NCBI GenBank assembly: GCA_963663225.1
Contig: OY760142.1
Span: forward strand, 1,664,001 to 1,728,000
DNA length: 64,000 nucleotides
Reading direction: 5' to 3'
DNA from: Nitrospirota bacterium
Lineage (GTDB): Bacteria > Nitrospirota > UBA9217
The position numbers and the translations under genes were made by a program. Numbering within the stretch: the first letter of the stretch is position 1; the number at the start of each line of letters is the position of its first letter. Of the stretch, positions 18,325 to 28,897 are shown piece after piece. The notes under the pieces were generated by a model. The model saw nothing but the letters and a program-made list of their open reading frames with translations, was not told the DNA's origin and made no database searches.

Positions 18325-20055
18325 ATGGACTATTCTATTAAAATCGGAGGTGCCGCCGGGCAGGGCATCCAAACCATCGGGGACACTCTGGCGCGGGTAT
18401 TTGCGCGAAGCGGTTTTCATGTTTTCAGCCACCAGGATTATGAGTCCCGCATCCGCGGCGGACACAACTTTTATCAGCTCCGGATTTCCGACAAGCCGGT
18501 TGCCTCTTCGCTGACCCGCATCGATATTATCGTTGCGCTGGACACGGAAAGCATCGTGCGCTATGAGAAGGAGCTTACCGATCAAGGCCGCATCATCTAT
18601 GATTCCGCCGTGCACAAAAAGAAATACACCGGTGCGGCGTTCCTCGACATCCCTTTTGAAAAGCTGGCGCAGGATCAGGGCGGCAGCAAGATCATGTCGA
18701 ATACGGTCGCAACCGGGGCAGTGCTCGGCATGCTCGGGCTGGACCTCGCGCCGCTCCTGACTATCATAACGACCACCTTTGCCGGAAAAGGCAAAGAGGT
18801 CATTGCGGGCAATACGAAGGCCGCGCGCGCCGGGTATGACCACGCCGCGCAGAACTGCGGCGGCTGCACGTTTTCCCTGCCGGGCAAAAGCGCGCCGAAG
18901 CCGAAGTTCCTGATCGGAGGGACCGAATCGCTGGCGCTCGGCGCCATTGCGTCCGGCTGCAAGTTCTATTCTGCATACCCTATGACTCCTTCGACGGGCC
19001 TCATGAACTACCTGGCGACCAAGGAAAAGGAATACGGCATTGTTGTGGAGCAGGCAGAGGACGAGATTGCTGCCATAAATATGGTGATCGGCGCGTCCTT
19101 CGCCGGAGTGCGCTCAATGACCGGCACATCGGGCGGCGGTTTTTCGCTCATGGCGGAAGGGCTTTCCCTGGCCGGCATGACCGAAACGCCGATTGTGATC
19201 GCCATGGGACAGCGGCCCGGTCCGGCCACGGGATTCCCGACACGGACGGAGCAGGGGGACCTGCAGTGGATTCTGTATGCGGGCCACGGTGAATTTCCGC
19301 GCGTTGTCTTTGCGCCCGGCACACCGAAGCAGGCGTTCTCTCTTGTGAACAAGGCCTTCGATCTGGCGGAGAAATATCAGATACCCGCATTTGTTCTTTT
19401 TGATACATATCTCGCGGACTCCCAGTGGACGTTCGACGGATTCGATACGGCCGGACTGCGGTACCAGGACTACCGGCTGAGAGGGGACGCCTTCAGCCGG
19501 CTTCCCGAATATAAGCGCCACGCGTTCACGCCGAACGGAGTCTCTCCCTTCGGAGTACCGGGAGATGCGAAGCATACCGTGGTCACGGACAGCGACGAAC
19601 ACGATGAAGAAGGGCACATCGTCGAGGACGCGCCGACCAGAATCAGGATGGTGGAGAAGCGGCTTTTCAAAAAACTCGCGCGCATCCGGGAGGAGATTGC
19701 TCCGCCGTTTCTTTACGGCGACCACGCGCCGCAGGTTGTCCTGACGGGGTGGGGTTCGACCTACGGCGTGATGAAGGAGACCGTCGACAAGCTGTCGGCA
19801 TCCGTCCGGATCGCCATGCTGCACTTCAGCGAAGTATATCCCCTGCCCGGGAGAGAACGCTTCGACTACCTCAGGCTTCTTGCATCGGCGAAGCTCAGCG
19901 TCTGCCTGGAGAACAACGCATCGGGACAGTTCGCGCGACTTTTGCGCGCCGAGACCGGTTATGCATTCAATGCGCACATACATAAATTCGACGGCAGACC
20001 GTTTCATGTCGAGAACGTGATAGGAGAGATCAATGGTCACCTTAGATCAATATAA
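18325..20055 (+). CDS. korA: 2-oxoacid:ferredoxin oxidoreductase alpha subunit (gamma-alpha fusion)
   Basis: GGAAGQG, YESRIRGGH, YPMTP, QAEDEIAA, TSGGG and QRPGPATG motifs. Confidence 0.93.
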   Translation: MDYSIKIGGAAGQGIQTIGDTLARVFARSGFHVFSHQDYESRIRGGHNFYQLRISDKPVASSLTRIDIIVALDTESIVRYEKELTDQGRIIYDSAVHKKKYTGAAFLDIPFEKLAQDQGGSKIMSNTVATGAVLGMLGLDLAPLLTIITTTFAGKGKEVIAGNTKAARAGYDHAAQNCGGCTFSLPGKSAPKPKFLIGGTESLALGAIASGCKFYSAYPMTPSTGLMNYLATKEKEYGIVVEQAEDEIAAINMVIGASFAGVRSMTGTSGGGFSLMAEGLSLAGMTETPIVIAMGQRPGPATGFPTRTEQGDLQWILYAGHGEFPRVVFAPGTPKQAFSLVNKAFDLAEKYQIPAFVLFDTYLADSQWTFDGFDTAGLRYQDYRLRGDAFSRLPEYKRHAFTPNGVSPFGVPGDAKHTVVTDSDEHDEEGHIVEDAPTRIRMVEKRLFKKLARIREEIAPPFLYGDHAPQVVLTGWGSTYGVMKETVDKLSASVRIAMLHFSEVYPLPGRERFDYLRLLASAKLSVCLENNASGQFARLLRAETGYAFNAHIHKFDGRPFHVENVIGEINGHLRSI

Positions 20056-20884
20056 AGGCCAGGCTCCTTCCTGGTGCCCCGGGTGCGGCAATTTTCTGAT
20101 TCTGAAAACATTCAAGGACGCGATGATCGAACTCGGCATCGAACCTCACCGCCTCACCGTGGTGTCGGGCATCGGACAGGCGGCCAAGCTTCCGCATTAC
20201 ACCAACTGCAACACGTTCAACGGACTGCACGGCCGGTCGCTCCCGGTCGCGACAGGCATCCGGCTGGCAAACCCCGAGATGCTGGTGGTCGCCGTGTCCG
20301 GCGACGGCGACTGCTACGGCGAAGGCGGCAACCATTTGATGGCCGGCATGCGGCGGAACATCAACGTCAAGTATTTTGTGCATGACAACCAGGTGTATGG
20401 CCTCACCAAGGGCCAGCCGTCTCCGACGACCAAACAGGGAACGGTGGCCAAGAACATGCCGTTCAGCGTGATTTCCGAACAGCTGCAGCCGCTCGCGCTT
20501 GCAGTGGCGATGAACTGCAGCTTTGCGGCGCGCAGCTTTGCCGGGGACCAGGAGCATCTGAAAACCGTCATGAAAGAAGCGATTCTCCATAAAGGTTTTG
20601 CTCTGGTCGACATTCTCCAGCCCTGCGTCAGTTTCAACAAAGTGAACACGTATGACTGGTACCGCCAGCGGGTCTATCATATTGAGCCGGGTTACAACCC
20701 CGAAGACAGGATGGCGGCGTTCGCCCGGGCGCTCGAATGGGGAGACAGAATCCCCCTCGGCGTCATTTATCGCAACAACCGGCCCACGTTCGAGGAGACG
20801 CTTCCGATCGTCGCCGGAACGCCGCTGGTGAAGCAGAAGTTCGACGTTCGGAAAATAAACGAGACACTCAAGGAGTTTCTGTGA
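20033..20884 (+). CDS. korB: 2-oxoacid:ferredoxin oxidoreductase beta subunit
   Basis: WCPGCG, LHGR, GDGD, DNQVYGLTKGQ and QPCVSFN motifs. Confidence 0.93.
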   Translation: MVTLDQYKGQAPSWCPGCGNFLILKTFKDAMIELGIEPHRLTVVSGIGQAAKLPHYTNCNTFNGLHGRSLPVATGIRLANPEMLVVAVSGDGDCYGEGGNHLMAGMRRNINVKYFVHDNQVYGLTKGQPSPTTKQGTVAKNMPFSVISEQLQPLALAVAMNCSFAARSFAGDQEHLKTVMKEAILHKGFALVDILQPCVSFNKVNTYDWYRQRVYHIEPGYNPEDRMAAFARALEWGDRIPLGVIYRNNRPTFEETLPIVAGTPLVKQKFDVRKINETLKEFL

Positions 20885-20893
20885 GGACGACAC

Positions 20894-21958
20894 GTGCGAC
20901 AGTTCAGTAAAAAACGCTCCCGGAAAGTCGGCCTTCCGTCCGAATCGCTGGTGTACACCGGGGACAGGAAAAACGGAACCGTTACCCTGCATATCCTTGA
21001 CTATGATGAGGCGCAGGTGCAGGAAGCGGAGGTTACCGGCATCGAGGCCTGCATTCCGTACAAAAAAAAGCCGACGGTCACCTGGATCGACGTCGACGGC
21101 GTCCATGATGTTCCGATGCTCGAAAAACTCGGCGACTGCTTCGGGCTCCACCGGCTGGTGATGGAAGACATCCTGAACACGGACCAGCGCCCGAAGATAG
21201 AGGATTACGGAGACTACCTTTATATTGTGCTCAAGATGCTCTCCCAGGGCAAGGGAGGAGAGATTACTACCGAGCAGGTCAGCCTTATTCTGGGCGAGAA
21301 CTTTGTTTTGTCGTTTCAGGAAGGACTAGCGGGTGATGTCTTCACCCCGGTCCGGGATTATCTCCGGAGAGGCAAGGGGCGCATCCGGAAGATGGGAGCG
21401 GACTATCTTGCCTACTCGCTGCTTGACGCGGTGGTGGACAACTATTTTGTCATTCTCGAAAAGCTCGGCGAGAGGATCGAACTGCTCGAGGCCGAGCTGC
21501 TGGAGAACCTCACCCAAAAGACCGTGCGGAAAATCTATCAGGTAAAACGCGACCTGATATTCCTGCACAACGCCATCTGGCCCCTGCGGGAAGTCGTGAG
21601 CGTGCTGGGCAAGCATGAATCAACGCTCATCCGGGAATCCACGGTCCCCTACCTTCGCGATGTGTACGACCACGTCATCCACGTCGTCGACAACGTCGGC
21701 ATTTACCGGGAAATGCTTTCGGGAATGCTTGACATGTATCTGTCCACCGTGAGCAACAGACTGAACGAGGTCATGAAGGTCCTGACGATCATCGCCACGA
21801 TTTTCATGCCGCTCACGTTTCTGGCCGGCCTGTACGGGATGAACTTCAAAAACATGCCGGAGCTTGAGTGGCACTACGGCTATCCGCTCCTGCTCTGTGT
21901 TATGGCGGGTGTTGCCGTCTTTATGATTTTCTATTTTAAACGCAAAAAATGGCTGTGA
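20894..21958 (+). CDS. corA: Magnesium/cobalt transporter CorA
   Basis: EDILNTDQRPK, YGMNF and MPEL motifs. Confidence 0.96.
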   Translation: MRQFSKKRSRKVGLPSESLVYTGDRKNGTVTLHILDYDEAQVQEAEVTGIEACIPYKKKPTVTWIDVDGVHDVPMLEKLGDCFGLHRLVMEDILNTDQRPKIEDYGDYLYIVLKMLSQGKGGEITTEQVSLILGENFVLSFQEGLAGDVFTPVRDYLRRGKGRIRKMGADYLAYSLLDAVVDNYFVILEKLGERIELLEAELLENLTQKTVRKIYQVKRDLIFLHNAIWPLREVVSVLGKHESTLIRESTVPYLRDVYDHVIHVVDNVGIYREMLSGMLDMYLSTVSNRLNEVMKVLTIIATIFMPLTFLAGLYGMNFKNMPELEWHYGYPLLLCVMAGVAVFMIFYFKRKKWL

Positions 21959-22050
21959 AGAAGAAAGCGGGTTATACAGCCGGAGAAAAGAAGGCAGCGG
22001 TCCCGGACATAACGAGACCGCTGCAATACGTTTTGAACAGAATGCCGCGC

Positions 22051-23511
22051 TTAATACCGCATCCGTACCCGGTAGGTGAGTTTCACTTCCTGGTCCTTCG
22101 GCACGGGAACGTTGAATTCCGCGGTAAACGCCTCGGCCTTTACGAATTCATGCGAGGAGTTCAGCATTTTCCAGTCGCCCGGGACCGGCTCCACGACTTT
22201 TACGACAATGTCTTCCTTCTTGTGGTTTCTGAGTGATATTTCGAACGCGGCCTCATACGTATCGTAAGCGATTTTTTTCCAGTCGGTCTGCTTTCTGCCG
22301 CCGACCACGTCAAACGCGTCGCCCAGCTTGATCCTGATTTTTTCGTCTTTCGGCGTATGGTCGATTGCGTCTTCGCCGACGAACTGAAGACTGCCTTCCT
22401 TGTCCTGCTTGTACACCCGGACCGTTCCCTTGGGCAGCGGAATGCCGAGGTTGTTTTCCTTTTTGTTTTTGATCTCCACGAAAACCCCGATTTTCTGTTT
22501 GGAAAGAGCTTCCTCATAGCGGCTGTAGTAATAATAATTCGCCCCGCGGAAAAGGAACTCCTTTTTGACCGGAATATTGTCCGACGTCACCAGGCTGATC
22601 TGCTTGGTCTGGTTGTCCTTGACCGTTGCGGAGCGCTGGAGGGTGTAGATGTGATATTCGAAGAACGCGTCCTCCTTGAACTGGGGCGCGGGAGCGGATT
22701 TCGCTGCCGCTTCCGCCAGCATTCTCATTTTTCCCTGGTAAGCAGATTCGTCTTTCACCCGGTTCACGTCGCCCGCGACGAGTTTGAGTTTGGCGTTCCT
22801 GTACGTTGCGCCGCTGTGGTTGTCGATGGTCACCCAGCCCGCAAGGTCTGCCTTGTCGTCCTTGTCGTTCAGCGTCACGACATAGTCGGAACGCCAGTTG
22901 ATGCCGTTGGTAAGGTATGACGCTTCGATTTTCTGCGCAGAATGCAGGCTGTTTTCGAGCATCCAGACGAGGGTCGGCTTCGCGTTCAGGTCCGCGGGCA
23001 CGCCGGGAAACACGATCCGGCCCGGATGTCCGAAGGTGATTGCGTCTCCGATCTTGAATATGGGCTGTCCGTTATTGGAAAGGAGCGTGGCGCTGACGAG
23101 TTCTTCGCGCTCGGTATACGGGTTCCTGGTATACAGCTGAACGTCCTTGCCGACGTATTTGTCGAGGAGTTTCTGGGGGCTTAAGAGATCATATTCGTAA
23201 TTCTGTTCGAGAATCCGGAGGCTGTCCGGGCTGACGAGCGATTTTATATGCACGCTCGCGGGGATGATCTGCGACGCAACATCCATAAACCGCAGATCAC
23301 CGGTGCCGTCAAACAGCTTGATCTGGCGCTGGTCTTTTACGAGGCCAAGGTTAACATTATAGATAGTGAGGGCGACACCGGTCTGGTCATCCTGAGTGCT
23401 GGTGGCCGCACCTGCCTTTCCACTGTTCCTGTCTTCCGGAAAAACCGGACTGTATGCAACTCCTATCAGAAGCAAAACAGCCAGAATGGTGATTCCATGC
23501 CTGAGTTTCAT
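22051..23511 (-). CDS. Secreted DUF4139-domain protein
   Basis: Signal peptide; LTIYN, EQNYEYDL, SYLT.GI.W..DY and LGIPLPKG motifs. Confidence 0.85.
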   Translation of the reverse strand: MKLRHGITILAVLLLIGVAYSPVFPEDRNSGKAGAATSTQDDQTGVALTIYNVNLGLVKDQRQIKLFDGTGDLRFMDVASQIIPASVHIKSLVSPDSLRILEQNYEYDLLSPQKLLDKYVGKDVQLYTRNPYTEREELVSATLLSNNGQPIFKIGDAITFGHPGRIVFPGVPADLNAKPTLVWMLENSLHSAQKIEASYLTNGINWRSDYVVTLNDKDDKADLAGWVTIDNHSGATYRNAKLKLVAGDVNRVKDESAYQGKMRMLAEAAAKSAPAPQFKEDAFFEYHIYTLQRSATVKDNQTKQISLVTSDNIPVKKEFLFRGANYYYYSRYEEALSKQKIGVFVEIKNKKENNLGIPLPKGTVRVYKQDKEGSLQFVGEDAIDHTPKDEKIRIKLGDAFDVVGGRKQTDWKKIAYDTYEAAFEISLRNHKKEDIVVKVVEPVPGDWKMLNSSHEFVKAEAFTAEFNVPVPKDQEVKLTYRVRMRY

Positions 23512-23792
23512 GAAAACCTCCTCAAAAAGAATTGTGAACCGATTTTACACCATTGGACAAAAGAAGTGTGGGAAAAGTTCCTGCCTGTAAACAGTTCTTT
23601 CTTTTGGAATGTTGTTTTCAACGACTGGATATTTTTTAGCAGGGCCGTTGTTGACGCATCAAGAAGCCTGTGCTAAAGTTTTTTCATGTTATGTTAGGGT
23701 GGATAGGTTATCCGAGGCGTTTGTATTCAAAAAACATCAGACTTTTTTCAGAGAGAGACCGTGCGGTTGTCTTGCCACAGAAGGAGGAAACG

Positions 23793-25316
23793 ATGAAAAG
23801 CGGGACTTGGTTTTTCATGCTGGGAATACTTTTGGCAGCAGCGGCACTGAATGCCGATGCCCAGCCGGGAGCGGATGCGAATGCTGCTCTGAGCGATGAT
23901 TCAAAAGCGTGCCTGGAGTGCCACAGCGGCCTGAATCCGGGGCTGGTGGGAGACTGGAAACGCAGCCGCCATGCTGTTGTGAGTCCTGGTGAAGCGCTGA
24001 GAAAATCCTTGTCAGAACGGAGAATCTCGAATGAAAATATTCCCGCTTCGTTGAAATCCGTTGCCGTGGGGTGCGCCGAGTGCCATACGATGAACGCCGA
24101 CAAGCATAAAGACAGCTTTGATCATAATGGCTACCGGATCCACACTGTGGTCAGCCCAACAGACTGTGCCGCCTGCCATCCGGTTGAAGCCGATCAGTAC
24201 GGGCGGAACCTGATGTCCCATGCCTACGGCAATCTGCAGAACAACATGGTGTACCGGGACCTTATGAACAAGGTGAACGGCACCGAGTTTTTTGCAGGAA
24301 AGAGAACGGATCATGTGCCTCCCCGTGCCGAGGATGACGCTGATTCCTGTCTCTATTGTCATGGCACGGAGGTGCAAGCCGGAGATGTCAGAAAGCGGGA
24401 CACGTCCATGGGAGAGATGGAATTTCCTGTTCTGAGCGGCTGGCCCAACCAGGGAGTGGGCAGGATCAACCCTGACGGCAGCAAGGGCGCCTGCACGGCA
24501 TGCCACGCGCGGCACCAGTTTTCGATCGAATTGGCACGGAACCCGCACACCTGCTCCGAGTGCCACAAAGGGCCGGATGTTCCCGCATTCAGCGTGTATG
24601 AGGTAAGCAAGCATGGAAATATTTTTTCTTCGGCAGGGAAAACATGGAACCTATCGTCCGTTCCGTGGAAGGTCGGCCGGGATTTTACCGCACCGACCTG
24701 CGCTGCCTGCCACGTGAGCCTTCTTACGGATGCAGGTGCGGGCGGGGTCATTGCCGAGAGGACCCATCAAATGAATGACCGGCTTGCCTGGAGGCTCATG
24801 GGGCTCGTGTATGCTCATCCTCATCCAAAGTCTCCTGACACGTCTCTAATCCGGAACAAGGCCGGACTTCCGCTTGCCACGGAACTCACGGGGGAACCCG
24901 CGCTGGATTTTCTGATCGACAGCGTGGAGCAGGACAAAAGAAAGAAGACGCTGCAAAAAGTCTGCCTCTCATGCCATACTGATCAATGGGTGCAGGGTCA
25001 TTTCAACCGGTTCGAGCGTACGATCACAATGACCAATGCCATGACGCTGACTGCCACCAGAATTCTCCAAACGGCGTGGGAAAAAGGCTACGCAAAGGGC
25101 CTCGTCCAGCAAGACAGCATTTTCAACGAAGCCATCGAGAAGAAATGGGTAGAGCAGTGGCTTTTCTACGGAAATTCCACGCGCTTCTCTTCCGCCATGG
25201 CCGGAGCAGACTACGGCGTTTTTGCGAACGGGCGATGGCAGATGCACAGAAACATTCAGGAAATGCTGGATTGGCTCGACATCAGGCAGAGCGCCGCAAA
25301 GAAAGGAAAAAAATAA
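23793..25316 (+). CDS. Octaheme c-type cytochrome, hydroxylamine oxidoreductase (HAO) family
   Basis: Signal peptide and eight CxxCH motifs. WPNQGVGRINPDGS.G.C..CH.RH.F and CSECHKGPD motifs. AGGAGG RBS; TTGACG-17-TAAAGT promoter at 23651-23679. Confidence 0.92.
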   Translation: MKSGTWFFMLGILLAAAALNADAQPGADANAALSDDSKACLECHSGLNPGLVGDWKRSRHAVVSPGEALRKSLSERRISNENIPASLKSVAVGCAECHTMNADKHKDSFDHNGYRIHTVVSPTDCAACHPVEADQYGRNLMSHAYGNLQNNMVYRDLMNKVNGTEFFAGKRTDHVPPRAEDDADSCLYCHGTEVQAGDVRKRDTSMGEMEFPVLSGWPNQGVGRINPDGSKGACTACHARHQFSIELARNPHTCSECHKGPDVPAFSVYEVSKHGNIFSSAGKTWNLSSVPWKVGRDFTAPTCAACHVSLLTDAGAGGVIAERTHQMNDRLAWRLMGLVYAHPHPKSPDTSLIRNKAGLPLATELTGEPALDFLIDSVEQDKRKKTLQKVCLSCHTDQWVQGHFNRFERTITMTNAMTLTATRILQTAWEKGYAKGLVQQDSIFNEAIEKKWVEQWLFYGNSTRFSSAMAGADYGVFANGRWQMHRNIQEMLDWLDIRQSAAKKGKK

Positions 25317-25362
25317 GAACAGGCCGGATTTTTTCAGATGTTTTACAAAAAAGAGTCAGGCA

Positions 25363-26418
25363 TTAATTTCTGAGCCAGAACCAGTCGTAGTCAGATGCCC
25401 CGGTTTTTTTCACTCCGTCCGGACCGTACTCCCGGTACCACGCAAGACGGTTCTTTTCATACTGCGCTTCTGTTTTGATCCCTCCGGACGGATAATATTC
25501 CTTCTGGATCCCCTCACGCTCGCCGTCGGCATTAAAACGCTCTTCGGCGCGTTTGCGCATCTGCGAGTCGATCATTGCATAGGTAATAACGAGCCGCGGT
25601 TTGCCGTTTGCGTGTCGTTCAACAACATCTCTCACAAAACCGGCCGCCGGTTTTTCTGCTTGTATGGATTTCTTTTCCTGAGAAGAGGCGCTGTATTCGT
25701 CCCGGGCTTTGGCGCGCTGCGGCGCTCCTGCCGCCGGGGAAAATTGCTTCGAAGCTTCCGCTGCGTCCAATGACGACGGAGCAGCCTGCTGCTTCTCCAT
25801 CAGGATTTCTCTTTTTTCAAGAGCCGGCCGGTCGGCCTGTTTTGATGGTGCAGGGGCGGCTGACGCCGGTCGCTCTTGAAGGGCGCGAAGCTCAGCGGGA
25901 CCGTTCACAGCGGCTTCGTCCATGGTGTTAGAGCCAGGAGCTTTCAGCTTTTTTGACGGGGTCGCGGGAGAGGCTGCGATGTCCGATTCCCGATTGACAG
26001 CGGAGGTTGGTGAGCTCCCTTGTTCCGCGGACTTCCCGGTTGCTATCATGGGCGCTTCAGAAAACGGCGCCATAGGCTGCACACCCCGGTACATATACAC
26101 CACGGTTATCGTCAGAAAAACGACTGCGACAGCCTGGATCGGCAGTTTGATGGAGAGCGGGAAAAACAGCCGCTGCAGAAAGCTCTTTTTTCCGGCAGTT
26201 TCTGCACGCACCGTTGCCATGATCTTTTGGGCCATCCAGTCCGGAGGCTGCACTTCTTCGATGTTTTTAACAAGCTCGATAGTCTTTTGCAGCTCAAGAA
26301 GCGCCTGGTCACATTCCGTGCATGTTTTGAGGTGCTCTTCTATGAGGGCCTTTTCCTGTGCTGAAACAGACCCGTCCAAATAGTCCGAAAGTTTATGGCG
26401 GATATCAATGTGTTCCAT
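25363..26418 (-). CDS. Anti-sigma factor (zf-HC2, TM helix, low-complexity linker, MORN-variant C-terminus)
   Basis: LSDYLDG and HLKTCTEC motifs; TGATG overlap with the sigma gene. Confidence 0.88.
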   Translation of the reverse strand: MEHIDIRHKLSDYLDGSVSAQEKALIEEHLKTCTECDQALLELQKTIELVKNIEEVQPPDWMAQKIMATVRAETAGKKSFLQRLFFPLSIKLPIQAVAVVFLTITVVYMYRGVQPMAPFSEAPMIATGKSAEQGSSPTSAVNRESDIAASPATPSKKLKAPGSNTMDEAAVNGPAELRALQERPASAAPAPSKQADRPALEKREILMEKQQAAPSSLDAAEASKQFSPAAGAPQRAKARDEYSASSQEKKSIQAEKPAAGFVRDVVERHANGKPRLVITYAMIDSQMRKRAEERFNADGEREGIQKEYYPSGGIKTEAQYEKNRLAWYREYGPDGVKKTGASDYDWFWLRN

Positions 26419-27062
26419 CAAAGTTCTCCCGCGGCGCGCTTCAGACACGTTTTTACCATTTCGCGCGCCCTGAACAGCCTCGATTTCACCGTGCCCTCGC
26501 GCACCTTCAGAATCCGTCCTATTTCCTTGTAGGAAAAATCCTGCATGTCGCGGAGGACCAGCACCTCACGAAAAAGACCTTCGAGTTTCTTTATGCATTC
26601 CTGGACAACGGCCCGCAGATCGCGCTTCATCATTTCATCCAGAACAGACGGATTCGGGGAAGGGGGATCCACGGTCATTGTTCCGTCTTCGGTCCGGATT
26701 GGATCGTCCAGAGAAAACGCCATGCGGCTCCGGCGCGCTTTTATCTGCTTCAGCCGGTTTTTGGAAAGGTTCACGGTTATGGTTGTGAGCCAAGTCGTGA
26801 ATTTTGCATCGCCGCGAAACGTCCCGATATTCCTATAGGCGGAAAGGAAAGCATCCTGCACAACTTCGCAGGCATCGTTGTAGTCTCCGGTCAGCCGGAA
26901 GGCTATATTCAGCATGCGTTTTTGGTGCCTGGTGACGAGCAGTTCAAAAGCATCCAGTTCGCCGTTCCGGGAAGCCAGAACCAGCGCCGCATCCTCGTCC
27001 GGTGCGCTTCTGCTTTCATCCGTATTGGACAACGTTATTGAAGGATTTGTTTCAGGCTTCAT
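26418..27062 (-). CDS. ECF sigma-70 factor
   Basis: DACEVVQDAF, FTTWL, SYKEI and GTVKSRLFRAR motifs. Confidence 0.93.
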   Translation of the reverse strand: MKPETNPSITLSNTDESRSAPDEDAALVLASRNGELDAFELLVTRHQKRMLNIAFRLTGDYNDACEVVQDAFLSAYRNIGTFRGDAKFTTWLTTITVNLSKNRLKQIKARRSRMAFSLDDPIRTEDGTMTVDPPSPNPSVLDEMMKRDLRAVVQECIKKLEGLFREVLVLRDMQDFSYKEIGRILKVREGTVKSRLFRAREMVKTCLKRAAGEL

Positions 27063-27174
27063 GCTGCTCAGATTGTATCGCAAAAAAACGGCTTTTGCAC
27101 CCGTAAAATGCTAGTATAATATTATAGTAGTCTGTACGATAAAAACCAAATTGGGTACTGTATTGAGGTGGCCT

Positions 27175-28833
27175 ATGGCGCAGGAAGTCCTTCCGGATGA
27201 CGCAAAAAAAGTCATCAAAGAGACTTTTTTAAAAGGATTAAAGGAAGATGTCGCAATAGAGGTATTCACCAAGGCCGGCGCGAACGACCAGTTTAACGAG
27301 ACCGCGGTCTCGCTGGTCAAGGCATTTGCCGAACTTTCCGACAAACTGAAACCCTCGTTTTATACACTCGACGATGCACAGGCCGCAAAGAGGAATGTTG
27401 TGCGGTCTCCAACATTGTTGATTGCCCCCGACAAGTACCGCATCCGCTACACGGGGGCCCCGCTGGGAGAAGAAGGCCGTTCATTCCTGGTGGCGCTGCT
27501 CATGGCTTCCGGCAACGCCGGTATTTTTACGGAAACGGCGGCTGCCAAAATCGTGGATCAACTCAACGAGAAGCGCGACATCCAGGTGTTTGTCAGCCCC
27601 ACCTGTCCGTACTGTCCGCAGCAGGTGCTTTCCGCCTTTTCAGCGGCGGTTGCCAGGCCTGATCTGGTGTCTGCCGAGGCGATAGAAATCTATGAAAACC
27701 AGGACCTCGCGGAATCTCTCGGCTCGCTGGCAGTGCCGCAGACGTTCATAAACGGAACATTTACGGGAGCGGGCCTCCAGCCGGAGCCTCTGTTCGTCGA
27801 AGCGCTGCTGTCGCTCAAGGAACCCCAGATTGCCTCCGCTCAGATGTCCGGCGAGCCGGTGGAGAAAGATCTGGTGATAATCGGCGGAGGACCGGCCGGC
27901 CTTACCGCGGCAATCTACGCGGAGCGCGCGGGGCTGAGCAGCGTTGTGATCGAGAAGGGGAACCTCGGCGGACAGGTGGCGATAACTCCGGTCGTTGAGA
28001 ACTACCCAGGATTCATGCGCATCGGCGGGAAAAGCCTTATTGATCTGATCGCGCAGCAGGCGGCGCAGTATGCCGAGATCCATATCGGCGAGTTTGCATC
28101 TGAAATAGACAAAACTAGGCCGGACAAGAGAATCACGGTCAAGACGAACTACGGCATCTATATCACCAAGGGGCTGCTCCTTGCGACGGGCGTGGTGAAC
28201 CGTGCCCTGGAAGCGCCGGGCGCCCAGAAATTTTACGGCAGGGGCGTGAGCTACTGCGCTACCTGCGACGGATATTTTTTCAAGGACGGGAAGCGTGTGA
28301 TTGTGGTCGGCGGCGGAAACACGGCGGTCACCGACGCCCTGTATCTGCACAACATCGGAGCGGCGGTGACGCTGGTGCACCGGCGGGACACTCTGACGTG
28401 CGAAGCGCGGCTTAAGGAAACCTTGAAGCAAATGCAGATTCCCGTCCTGTGGGACAGCGAGGTGCAGGAAATTCTCGGCGACAAGATTGTGCGGTCCGTC
28501 AAGATCAGGGACAGAAAGACCGGCGGTACGAACGAGATGGCCATCGACGGTGTGTTTGTCGGCATCGGATATGTGCCGAGCAATGAAATCGCAAAGAAAC
28601 TCGGCGTTGACCTTGACGACCAGGGATATATTAAGATCGATCTGATGACCATGCGGACGTCAGCTCCGAATGTGTACGCGGCAGGCGACATTACCGGCGC
28701 CCCGAAGCAGATTGTGGTCGCCGTTGCGCATGGATCGGTTGCTGCAATGTCTGCGTTCGAGGATTTGTCAAGTGTCAGGTGGGAGGAGATTGAAAAGTAC
28801 GGGGAGGCGGCAAAAGCCGCAGAACGCCGCTGA
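27175..28833 (+). CDS. Thioredoxin reductase fused to tandem thioredoxin-fold (PDO/AhpF-NTD-like) domain
   Basis: N-terminal CPYC; GGGPAG, GVSYCATCDG, GGGNTA and AAGD motifs. Confidence 0.92.
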   Translation: MAQEVLPDDAKKVIKETFLKGLKEDVAIEVFTKAGANDQFNETAVSLVKAFAELSDKLKPSFYTLDDAQAAKRNVVRSPTLLIAPDKYRIRYTGAPLGEEGRSFLVALLMASGNAGIFTETAAAKIVDQLNEKRDIQVFVSPTCPYCPQQVLSAFSAAVARPDLVSAEAIEIYENQDLAESLGSLAVPQTFINGTFTGAGLQPEPLFVEALLSLKEPQIASAQMSGEPVEKDLVIIGGGPAGLTAAIYAERAGLSSVVIEKGNLGGQVAITPVVENYPGFMRIGGKSLIDLIAQQAAQYAEIHIGEFASEIDKTRPDKRITVKTNYGIYITKGLLLATGVVNRALEAPGAQKFYGRGVSYCATCDGYFFKDGKRVIVVGGGNTAVTDALYLHNIGAAVTLVHRRDTLTCEARLKETLKQMQIPVLWDSEVQEILGDKIVRSVKIRDRKTGGTNEMAIDGVFVGIGYVPSNEIAKKLGVDLDDQGYIKIDLMTMRTSAPNVYAAGDITGAPKQIVVAVAHGSVAAMSAFEDLSSVRWEEIEKYGEAAKAAERR

Positions 28834-28869
28834 TGCAGGACCCCGGCATTCTGCCCGGATCCTGCATCA
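28831..28869. terminator. Hairpin between convergent genes
   Basis: TGATGCAGGA...TCCTGCATCA outer stem with GGCA/TGCC inner stem. Confidence 0.55.
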
Positions 28870-28897
28870 TGGGCACACGCACGCTTAAAAAGCGGCA

